From the NCBI GenBank assembly GCA_036497525.1, contig DASXJG010000071.1, positions 1 through 58,537 of the forward strand: a DNA stretch of 58,537 nt, read 5' to 3'. The stretch is from Gaiellaceae bacterium (lineage in GTDB: Bacteria > Actinomycetota > Thermoleophilia > Gaiellales > Gaiellaceae). The notes under the pieces are model-generated. The model ran no database searches and was not told the DNA's origin. It saw only the letters and a program-made list of their open reading frames with translations. Below are positions 37,056-44,564 of the stretch, piece by piece (the first letter of the stretch is position 1; each line of letters opens with the position of its first letter). The translations under genes and the position numbers were made by a program.

Positions 37056-38267
37056 ATGATCGTCGGACTCCTCATCGGTCTCATCCTCGGCGCCGCCGTG
37101 GGATGGCTAGTTGTGCGCTATCGCTACGCAGCGCGCGTGGCCGTCCTCGAAGAGGCCCGCGCGGCACTTCCCGAGACGATGAAGGCCCTCGCGGCCGACG
37201 CGCTCGCCACGAACAACGAGTCCTTCCTGCAGCTCGCGAAGACTCAGCTCGAGCAGCTTCAGCAGAAGACCACCCACGAGCTCGAGCAGCGCAAGCAGGC
37301 GATGGAACACATCGTGACGCCGATCCGGGAGTCGCTCGAGAAGGTCGATGGGAAGCTGCAGCAGCTCGAAGTTGCGCGGAAGGGTGCATATTCCGAGCTC
37401 AGCACGCAGGTGCGCCAGCTCGCGGAAACGCAGGTGCAGCTCCGAGACGAGACGGGCAACCTCGTCAGCGCGCTCCGTGACCGTCCCAACGTCCGCGGCC
37501 GGTGGGGCGAGATCCAGCTCCGCCGTGTCGTCGAGATGGCGGGGATGCTCGAGCATTGCGACTTCGAGACGCAGGCACACGTCCGCACCCACGACGGGGG
37601 GCTCCGCCCCGATCTCGTCGTGAGGCTGCCGGGCTCCAAGACCGTAGTCGTCGACTCGAAGTTCGCCGGGCAGGCATACCTCGAGTCCCTGTCCGCGCGC
37701 AACGATGAGGAACGCGTCACGAAGCTGCGCGACCACGCGCGCCAGGTGCGCGAGCACGTCGCGAAGCTGTCGGGGAAGAGCTACTGGTCGCAGTTCGACT
37801 CGGCGCCCGAGTTCGTCGTGCTCTTCATCCCCGGCGAGACCTTCCTCAGCGCCGCCCTGGAGCAAGATCCGTCCCTGATCGAGGAGGGCGTGAACCAGCA
37901 GGTCATCCTGGCCACCCCGACGACTCTGATCGCCCTGCTGCGCGCCGTCGCCTACGGCTGGCGACAGGAGACGATCGCGGAGTCGGCAAAGGCGATCAGC
38001 GACCTGGGCCGCGAGCTCTACGGACGGCTGGCGACCCTCACAGAGCATTTCGCGAAGGTCGGCCGGGGCCTCGACACCGCTGTCCGGTCGTACAACGAGG
38101 CGGTCGGCTCGCTCGAGACGCGCGTCCTCCCGAGCGCGCGCAAGTTCCGCGATCAAGGCATTTCTCCCGCCGCTGAGCTCGCGGAGCTCGGAGGCGTCGA
38201 GCGGACCGTGCGTCCGGTTACCGCGCCCGAGCTCCCCGCCCGCGACGCGACCTCCGACGCCGCCTAG
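37056..38267 (+). CDS. rmuC: DNA recombination protein RmuC
   Basis: N-terminal TM helix, long coiled coil, and the family core [31 protein letters not shown] ... VVDSKF. Confidence 0.85.
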   Translation: MIVGLLIGLILGAAVGWLVVRYRYAARVAVLEEARAALPETMKALAADALATNNESFLQLAKTQLEQLQQKTTHELEQRKQAMEHIVTPIRESLEKVDGKLQQLEVARKGAYSELSTQVRQLAETQVQLRDETGNLVSALRDRPNVRGRWGEIQLRRVVEMAGMLEHCDFETQAHVRTHDGGLRPDLVVRLPGSKTVVVDSKFAGQAYLESLSARNDEERVTKLRDHARQVREHVAKLSGKSYWSQFDSAPEFVVLFIPGETFLSAALEQDPSLIEEGVNQQVILATPTTLIALLRAVAYGWRQETIAESAKAISDLGRELYGRLATLTEHFAKVGRGLDTAVRSYNEAVGSLETRVLPSARKFRDQGISPAAELAELGGVERTVRPVTAPELPARDATSDAA

Positions 38268-39409
38268 AACCTCAGCAGCGCGGCGACACCGCCGACCGGC
38301 TCGAGGTCGCGGTGGTCCTCGCCGATCACCTCGACCGTCCCACCGTGCGTCAGCGTCTGGTGGATCGCCAGGTCCAGCCCCGTCTCGACCGCTTCCAGGG
38401 TGGTTCCGTCGAGCGGGCAGCTGCCGTCTTGCACCTGCGCGCGACCGCAGGCAGGGCAGACGTGCGCCGATCGGTCGGCTCCCTCCTGCACGAGCAAGAG
38501 CTCGACGCGGCCGTCCGACGCGGCCTGCAGCGTTTCCTCCCATCCGGTGGCGGCGCGTCCGTTTCGCGCGGCTTCTTCCCGCCAGCGTGCGAGCAACGCC
38601 TCCTCCCGGCCGGCGCGCCACTCGTCGAGCAGCGGCTGGGCCACCTCGAGCAGGCGGGTCGCGTCGGCATGCGCGTCGACTGCGACCCAGCCCAAGAGCG
38701 CCCCACGCACCTCCGACGAGAGAAGCCGGTCGAACTCCGGTCTCGTCTCCTCGGGACCGGCGAGCACGACGCGGACGTTCCGCAGCCCCCGGACGCAGCG
38801 GTCGAGCGCATCGGCGACCTCGCGCAGGTGCCGGTCGACGATCGTCTCGATGTTGCGCTCGTAGCGCGCCTGTGACCAGCCGCCCTGGTCATGGCGGCCC
38901 GGAACGTCCGCCGTCTCGTCGACCAGCGGCGTGAGCTGCCCGCCGTGAAGCCGGTAGACGTCGCCCCGCTCGCGGCCGACGTACGCAACGAGCGCGCCGT
39001 CTCCTCGCCCGACGTTGCGGACGAGAGGCGCGAGGTACAACTGATTCGCGATGCGGGCCTCGTCGTCGACGGGCCACGGCAGCAGAAGCTGCAAGAACAG
39101 GTCGTCGAGCTCCGACGCAAAGAGCGCGACGCCCCGGACTCCATCCCGGTTGAAGTCGTTCTCGAACCAGCTGCCGATCCGCTCGAGATCGCTCGCGAGC
39201 GCCTTCCGCTCGTCGTGCGTGAGCGACGCGCGTCGCTCGTTGAGCTGCCGCTCGGCGCGAGCGTGCAGCGACCGAACGTGCGACGCCAGCTCTCCCGCGG
39301 TGGGCACACTGCTTGGGTCGAGACCGACGTAGAGGCTTACTGCGCAGCCGTGCTCTCCGCGGAAGGCGGCAAGCTCGCGTAATTGTTCCCAGGTGATCGA
39401 TCCGGCCAC
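38264..39409 (-). CDS. Bacterial eRF1/Vms1-like (baeRF-type) protein with C-terminal zinc ribbon
   Basis: GTG start after GAGGAGGAGAGGGG. The central motif [16 protein letters not shown] aligns with the eRF1 loop KHGRGGQSALRFARL, giving a GxxQ variant. The C-terminal CPACG...CPLDG forms the zinc ribbon. Confidence 0.65.
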   Translation of the reverse strand: MAGSITWEQLRELAAFRGEHGCAVSLYVGLDPSSVPTAGELASHVRSLHARAERQLNERRASLTHDERKALASDLERIGSWFENDFNRDGVRGVALFASELDDLFLQLLLPWPVDDEARIANQLYLAPLVRNVGRGDGALVAYVGRERGDVYRLHGGQLTPLVDETADVPGRHDQGGWSQARYERNIETIVDRHLREVADALDRCVRGLRNVRVVLAGPEETRPEFDRLLSSEVRGALLGWVAVDAHADATRLLEVAQPLLDEWRAGREEALLARWREEAARNGRAATGWEETLQAASDGRVELLLVQEGADRSAHVCPACGRAQVQDGSCPLDGTTLEAVETGLDLAIHQTLTHGGTVEVIGEDHRDLEPVGGVAALLRF

Positions 39410-39526
39410 AGTCGCCCCTCTCCTCCTCGAAGCGGATTCTATTCCTGCGAGCCGGCCGGCTCGGGAACGTCAATCCGGTCTGGATCGTTTAATACAGCAG
39501 ACAAGTTTTTGGCGAGAGGAAACCGA

Positions 39527-40510
39527 ATGAACGAGGTACATGACGTGATCGTGATCGGCGGAGGGCCGGCGGGTTACACCGCAGCCCTTTACGCTGCTCG
39601 CGCGAACCTGCAGCCGCTCGTGATCGAAGGCTTCAACTGGGGTGGCCAGCTCATGATCACGAGCGACGTCGAGAACTACCCGGGCTATGCGGACGGGATC
39701 ATGGGCCCCGAGATGATGGCCGAGTTCCGGCGCCAGGCCGAGCGCTTCGGCACCCAGTTCGTCACGGACAACGTGTCGCGCGTCGACTTCTCGCGGCGGC
39801 CGTTCCGCGTCTGGGTCGAGGACGAGGAGTACCAGGCCCGGTCGGTGATCGTCGCCACAGGCGCGACTGCCCGCTGGCTCGGGCTCGACTCCGAGGAGCG
39901 GCTCAAGGGCCGCGGCGTATCGGCATGCGCGACGTGCGACGGCGCCTTCTTCAAGGACAAGCACATCGTGGTCGTCGGCGGCGGCGACTCGGCGTTCGAG
40001 GAGGCACTCTTCCTCACGCGCTTCGGCTTCAAGGTCTCGCTCGTCCATCGCCGCGATGAGTTCCGCGCCTCGCAGATCATGATCGACCGGGCGCGCGCCA
40101 ACGAGAAGATCGACTTCAAGACGCCGTACGTCGTGGACGAGGTGCTCGGCGACCAGTCGATCAGCGGCGTCCGGCTCCGCAACACCGAGACGGGTGAGAC
40201 GGAGGAGGTCGATGTCGGCGCGCTCTTCGTCGCGATCGGCCACGACCCGAACACGAAGCTGTTCCTCGACCAGCTCGACCACGACGCGAACGGCTACCTG
40301 GTGACGAATCCGGGAACGACCGAGACGAACGTGCCGGGCGTGTTCGCCGCGGGAGACGTGCAGGATCACGTCTACCGGCAGGCGGTAACCGCCGCAGGCA
40401 GCGGCTGTATGGCCGCCCTCGACGCCGAGCGCTTCCTGGCCGCGGAGGAGGGACACGGCGGTACCGCATTGACGGCGCCGCGCCCTGAAGCCGAGACCAC
40501 GAAGGTCTAG
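39527..40510 (+). CDS. trxB: Thioredoxin-disulfide reductase
   Basis: Start trimmed to ATG 39527 after GAGAGGAAA. FAD motif VIVIGGGPAG, redox centre SACATCDG, NADPH motif VVVGGGDSA, and GVFAAGDV. Confidence 0.9.
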   Translation: MNEVHDVIVIGGGPAGYTAALYAARANLQPLVIEGFNWGGQLMITSDVENYPGYADGIMGPEMMAEFRRQAERFGTQFVTDNVSRVDFSRRPFRVWVEDEEYQARSVIVATGATARWLGLDSEERLKGRGVSACATCDGAFFKDKHIVVVGGGDSAFEEALFLTRFGFKVSLVHRRDEFRASQIMIDRARANEKIDFKTPYVVDEVLGDQSISGVRLRNTETGETEEVDVGALFVAIGHDPNTKLFLDQLDHDANGYLVTNPGTTETNVPGVFAAGDVQDHVYRQAVTAAGSGCMAALDAERFLAAEEGHGGTALTAPRPEAETTKV

Positions 40511-40552
40511 GCCAACCGCGCAGGCCTGCACCGTCCCGCGCGGCCATGGCCT

Positions 40553-40575
40553 GGTGCCAGGCACCGGGACGTGGC
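40553..40575. repeat. 23-nt repeat, copy 1, containing the 13-nt palindrome GGTGCCAGGCACC
   Basis: ggtgccaggcaccgggacgtggc. It matches copy 2 at 22 of 23 positions. Confidence 0.7.
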
Positions 40576-40642
40576 CGTAAAGGACCGACCGCGCGGCACC
40601 AGGCGCGTTCACGCCACAACCTGTCCCTTCCGGACCAGTCCG

Positions 40643-40665
40643 GGTGCCTGGCACCGGGACGTGGC
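40643..40665. repeat. 23-nt repeat, copy 2, containing the palindrome GGTGCCTGGCACC
   Basis: ggtgcctggcaccgggacgtggc, 90 nt downstream of copy 1, in the trxB-corA spacer. Confidence 0.7.
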
Positions 40666-40751
40666 TCGCGGGGACACGGCCGGGGAAGACAGCGGCGCCT
40701 CGCGAGCAACTCCTCGCAGGTCTAGCTCCGTCCGCGGCGAATCGCGGCGTC

Positions 40752-41663
40752 GTGGGAGCAACCTGGATCGACCTGCTCGACCCGACGATGGAGGAGCTGC
40801 AGGAGAAGGCGCCGCGCGAGCTCGAGGAGACCGCCCTCGAACAGCTCCTCGCTCCGCCGCGGCACGAGGACGAGCCACGGCCGACGCTCGTCGGCCACGG
40901 CGACTACGTCTTCGGCGTCTTCCTCGTCGCGGTATCCGTGCCCGACGAGGACAGCGTCTACTACCAGGAGATCGACCTCGTCATCACGCACGAGACGCTG
41001 CTCACGGTGCGCAAGACTCCGCCCGGCGGCAAGCCGGCGTGCGACGTCGCCGTGGTCAAGAAGGCGGCGAGGCCGACAGACTCGGCGGGGCTGCTCGCGT
41101 ACCGACTCGTCGACGAGATCGCCGAGCGCTACCTCGACCTGGTGGACTCACTCGACGACGAGATCGACGAGCTGGAGGACAAGGTCGAGACCCAAGCTGC
41201 CGCGATGACGAGAGCGCGCGTCTCCGCGCTGAGGCACGACCTCCTCCACATCCGCCGCACCCTGAGCCCCATGCGCGACGCAGTCCGCCGCGTGATCGAC
41301 GGCACGGTCGAGGTGGAGACCGGAAAGGAGGTGTTCCCGCACAACGTCGAAGTCGCCTTCAACGCCGCCTACGACAAGTTCCTGCGCGCCTCCGACGGCC
41401 TCGACCTCGCGCGCGACCTGCTCGCCGGCGTGCGCGACTACGCCCTTGCCAAGATCGCCAACGACCAGAACCAGGTGACCAAGCTACTGACCGTCGTCGC
41501 CTCGCTCGTGCTCTTCCCGACGTTCGTCGTCGGCGTCTACGGCCAGAATTTCCGCCATATTCCCGAGCTCCACTGGGGCTTCGGATATGCGTTCTCCTGG
41601 GGCGTGATCATCGTCACCACCCTCGTCCAGCTGTGGTTCTACCGTCGCAAGAAGTGGATCTGA
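40752..41663 (+). CDS. corA: CorA-family divalent cation transporter with GQN in place of the canonical GMN motif
   Basis: Cytoplasmic funnel domain plus two C-terminal TM helices. The signature reads VGVYGQNFRHIPEL. Start is uncertain (GTG 40752 preferred; GTG 40644 would begin inside repeat copy 2). Confidence 0.8.
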   Translation: MGATWIDLLDPTMEELQEKAPRELEETALEQLLAPPRHEDEPRPTLVGHGDYVFGVFLVAVSVPDEDSVYYQEIDLVITHETLLTVRKTPPGGKPACDVAVVKKAARPTDSAGLLAYRLVDEIAERYLDLVDSLDDEIDELEDKVETQAAAMTRARVSALRHDLLHIRRTLSPMRDAVRRVIDGTVEVETGKEVFPHNVEVAFNAAYDKFLRASDGLDLARDLLAGVRDYALAKIANDQNQVTKLLTVVASLVLFPTFVVGVYGQNFRHIPELHWGFGYAFSWGVIIVTTLVQLWFYRRKKWI

Positions 41664-41685
41664 TCCACGCGGCTAACCTGAGCCA

Positions 41686-42138
41686 ATGCCGCACTACATC
41701 TGCCCGAACTGCAAGGAGCGCTCGATCGACATCGACCGCAAGGAGGGCCTCTACGACGAGGCCGTCGCCTGCCACCACTGCGGGTTCGGGTTCCTGTTCG
41801 AGCTCATGGACGACTACTACCCGGCGCCGACGACGGGCCTCGTCACGTGCGACCAGGAGGGCCGCATCCTCGCGCTCGGCCGCGGCGTCTTCGAGCTGAG
41901 CGGCTGGAGCGAAACCGAGTTGCTCGGGGCAGACGTCGTCAACGCGTTCGGCCTTGCCGGCTTCGAGGAGGAGAAGAACCCGGTGAAGCTCGCTCTCGAA
42001 TGGGGAGTGCGCCGCCTGAACGAGCAGCTCCAACTGCGGACGCGCGCCGGGCACCTCAAGCCCGTCGTCGGCGACTTCTTTCCCGCGCTCGACGACGACG
42101 GCGGCCTGCTCGTCGCACTGACACCGGCGCACGGCTAG
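41686..42138 (+). CDS. Zinc-ribbon plus PAS-like domain protein, function unknown
   Basis: N-terminal CPNC...CHHC. The C-terminal half has a PAS-like pattern (GLVTCDQEGRILALGRGVFELSGWSETELLG). Confidence 0.55.
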   Translation: MPHYICPNCKERSIDIDRKEGLYDEAVACHHCGFGFLFELMDDYYPAPTTGLVTCDQEGRILALGRGVFELSGWSETELLGADVVNAFGLAGFEEEKNPVKLALEWGVRRLNEQLQLRTRAGHLKPVVGDFFPALDDDGGLLVALTPAHG

Positions 42139-42163
42139 ATTTCCGGCGGCGCCGGCAGGCGCC

Positions 42164-42212
42164 GGGCGATGGAGCTCGCCACCAACCGCCGCCGAAGGCT
42201 GATGGCTCCTGG
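42164..42212 (+). promoter_or_regulatory. Fluoride riboswitch (crcB RNA motif)
   Basis: GGGCGAUGGAGCUCGCCACCAACCGCCGCCGAAGGCUGAUGGCUCCUGG matches the known aptamer pattern GGGCGAUG..CGCC..AAC.GCC....CUGAUGGC.UC. It sits 18 nt upstream of the crcB ATG, with the RBS GAGAGGAG in between. Confidence 0.9.
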
Positions 42213-42229
42213 ATCGAGAGGAGCCGTCC

Positions 42230-42604
42230 ATGCGGACAACCCTTGTCATCGGCGTCGCGGGAGCGCTCGGAGCCGTCTCGCGGCATCAGCTCGAGTCAGT
42301 GGTGAACCGCCACTGGGGAGACGACTTTCCGTGGGGGACGTTCGCCGTAAACGTCTCCGGCTCGTTCGCCCTTGGCGTCCTGATCGGGGTCTTCGCCCAC
42401 CGCCTCAACGTGCCGCTCTGGCTCCAGGCCGGTGCGACTGTCGGCTTCCTCGGGGCGTACACGACCTTCTCGACGCTCTCGCTTCAGATCTACCGCTCGA
42501 CGGCGACTGGCCACCTACCGGTTGCGTTGGCGAACGCGGTCGGCAGCCTGGTCGTCGGCACGCTCGCGCTCTATGCGGGCATCGTCCTGACGAGGGCCTT
42601 CTAG
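42230..42604 (+). CDS. crcB: Fluoride ion channel CrcB/FluC
   Basis: 124 aa, four TM helices, with GTFAVNVSGSF and GFLGAYTTFSTL motifs. Confidence 0.9.
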   Translation: MRTTLVIGVAGALGAVSRHQLESVVNRHWGDDFPWGTFAVNVSGSFALGVLIGVFAHRLNVPLWLQAGATVGFLGAYTTFSTLSLQIYRSTATGHLPVALANAVGSLVVGTLALYAGIVLTRAF

Positions 42605-42633
42605 AAGGCTCTCCCACTAGGCACAATGCTCAG

Positions 42634-43176
42634 GTGGAGTCACTGCGGGGGCACCTCCTCGTCGCTTCGCCGGGATTGATCGACCCGAACTTCCGGCGCA
42701 CTGTCGTCTTGGTGACCGAGCACACCGACGAGGGCGCGGCGGGCCTCATTCTCAACCACCCGTCGCCGGTCGAGGTCGCGTCCGCCGTGCCGCAGCTCGA
42801 GCCGGTCGTCGACGACGGCGACCAGGTCTGGGTCGGCGGCCCCGTCCAGCCGGAGGCGGTGCTCGTGCTCGGCGAGTTCCTCGATCCGGACGACGCGGCG
42901 GTGCCGCTCTTCGGCTCGCTCGGCTTCCCGTCGCTCACCGACCCTGAGGAGATCGTCCCGGCCACGACCCGTCGGCGTGTCTTCGCCGGCTACGCGGGCT
43001 GGGGCGAAGGCCAGCTGGAGGCGGAGCTGCTGGACGAGGACTGGATCCTCGAGCCCGCGCTCGCCGACGACGCATTCACGGACGATCCCGAGGATCTGTG
43101 GAGCGACGTGCTGCGCCGCAAGGGCGGCGTGTACGAGCTCGTCGCCCGCATTCCCGAGGATCCGCGCGTCAACTGA
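42634..43176 (+). CDS. YqgE/AlgH family protein (UPF0301)
   Basis: Start trimmed to GTG 42634. Motifs LLVASPGLIDPNFRRTVVLV.EH...GA.GLILN and GYAGWGEGQLE.E. Confidence 0.8.
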   Translation: MESLRGHLLVASPGLIDPNFRRTVVLVTEHTDEGAAGLILNHPSPVEVASAVPQLEPVVDDGDQVWVGGPVQPEAVLVLGEFLDPDDAAVPLFGSLGFPSLTDPEEIVPATTRRRVFAGYAGWGEGQLEAELLDEDWILEPALADDAFTDDPEDLWSDVLRRKGGVYELVARIPEDPRVN

Positions 43177-43903
43177 GGCGCGCGAAGGCGAACACGTAGG
43201 TCAGGCGCGGCAGCGAGAACCGCTCGCCGTAGCGCGAGGCGAGCTCGTGGACGGCACGCAGGGACTTCTCCCGCTCGTCGGGGTCCGCGGTGACGAAGGC
43301 GCTCGCGGTCGAGAGGTAGCCGACGAGGCCGTCCGGGCTCGACTCGGAGGCGCTTTCGACGATCGTCCGCCCCACCTCGCGGAACCACGGCTTGCCCGGC
43401 AGCTCCTCGTCACGGTACGGCTCGTGCCCCGCGTAGCCGATCAGCACGCCGAGCTCGGCCTGGAGAGGGTCACGCTCGTCCCACCAGTTCCAGAGCAGGG
43501 CAAGTCCGCCTTCGCGGCGGATCACACGATGCAGCTCGGGCACCGCCCTCTCACGGTCGAACCAGTGGAACGCCTGCGCCGTGAATGCTGCGTCGACGCT
43601 CTCGTCCGCGAGCGGAATCGCCTCCGCCGGGCCCTCGTACGCCTCCGCCTCCGGGACCGCCCGGCGGAGCTCGTCGAGCATCGGAGCCCCCGGCTCGACC
43701 GCCACCGCCTCGAATCCGAGCGCGACCAGCTCGCGGGTCAGCTTCCCGGTTCCCGCGCCGACGTCGAGGACCCGGGCACCTACCGCGAGTTCCAGCTGCT
43801 CGGCGGCCCAGCGCACCGCCTCCTCGGGATAGTCCGGGCGGTACCGCTCGTACTCGGCGGCGACCGTCTCGAAGCTGCGGGAGCGGGTGGCGCGATCAGA
43901 CAC
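43169..43903 (-). CDS. Class I SAM-dependent methyltransferase
   Basis: GTG start. Motif I is VLDVGAGTGKLT. Overall layout is Methyltransf_11-like (AFTAQAFHWF). Confidence 0.8.
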   Translation of the reverse strand: MSDRATRSRSFETVAAEYERYRPDYPEEAVRWAAEQLELAVGARVLDVGAGTGKLTRELVALGFEAVAVEPGAPMLDELRRAVPEAEAYEGPAEAIPLADESVDAAFTAQAFHWFDRERAVPELHRVIRREGGLALLWNWWDERDPLQAELGVLIGYAGHEPYRDEELPGKPWFREVGRTIVESASESSPDGLVGYLSTASAFVTADPDEREKSLRAVHELASRYGERFSLPRLTYVFAFARLS

Positions 43904-44564
43904 GGCTGGAAGGGCAGAGGTCGTTCAGGACGCAATCCTCGCAGCGGGGGCTCCGCGCGTCGCAGACGCGGCGGCCGTGCCAGATCAGAAGGTGGGGGAA
44001 GCGGCCCCAGTCCGGGCGCGGGACGAGCCGGACGAGGTCGCGCTCGATCTTGACCGGGTCCTCCTGGCGCGTCAGGCCGAGCCGTTGCGAGAGCCGCCGC
44101 ACGTGCGTGTCGACGACGATCCCCTGGGGCTCCCCCAGCTCGGCCGCGACCACGTTCGCCGTCTTCCGTGCGACCCCCGGTAGCCGGATCAGCTGATCGA
44201 GCCGCTGCGGCACCTGGCCGTCGAAGTCCTCGAGCAGCAGCCGCATCGTCCCGCGCAGTGCCCTGGCCTTCTGCCGGTAGAAGCCCGTCGCGTAGATGTC
44301 GCGCTCGAGCTCCTCCTCCGGGACGGCAAGGTAGTCCTCGGGCCGGTGGTACTTCTCGAACAGCTTTTGCGTGACGCGGTTGACGTTCACGTCGGTCGTC
44401 TGTGCCGAGAGCATCACCGAGACGAGTAGCTCGAGCGGGCTTCGGAAGCGAAGCGCGATCGTCGCGTCGGGGTACTCCGCCGCCAGCCGGTCGATGATCG
44501 GCCGGATCCGCCGCTTCTTCGGCCCGACGCGCTTACGGGCCTCGTGGACGTAACTACGAGGCAA
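43896..44564 (-). CDS. nth: Endonuclease III (DNA-(apurinic/apyrimidinic site) lyase)
   Basis: FELLVSVMLSAQTTD, HhH LPGVARKTANVV, VDTHV, and the [4Fe-4S] motif C-x6-C-x2-C-x5-C (CDARSPRCEDCVLNDLC). The only plausible start is TTG 44564. The upstream ORF part is shadow of addA. Confidence 0.85.
   Translation of the reverse strand: MPRSYVHEARKRVGPKKRRIRPIIDRLAAEYPDATIALRFRSPLELLVSVMLSAQTTDVNVNRVTQKLFEKYHRPEDYLAVPEEELERDIYATGFYRQKARALRGTMRLLLEDFDGQVPQRLDQLIRLPGVARKTANVVAAELGEPQGIVVDTHVRRLSQRLGLTRQEDPVKIERDLVRLVPRPDWGRFPHLLIWHGRRVCDARSPRCEDCVLNDLCPSSRV

Noticed and set aside
40511-40751. Mg-sensing M-box riboswitch upstream of corA
   Set aside because: I could not find the conserved M-box core segments. 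The region is instead dominated by the GGTGCC(A/T)GGCACC repeats, which are reported separately.
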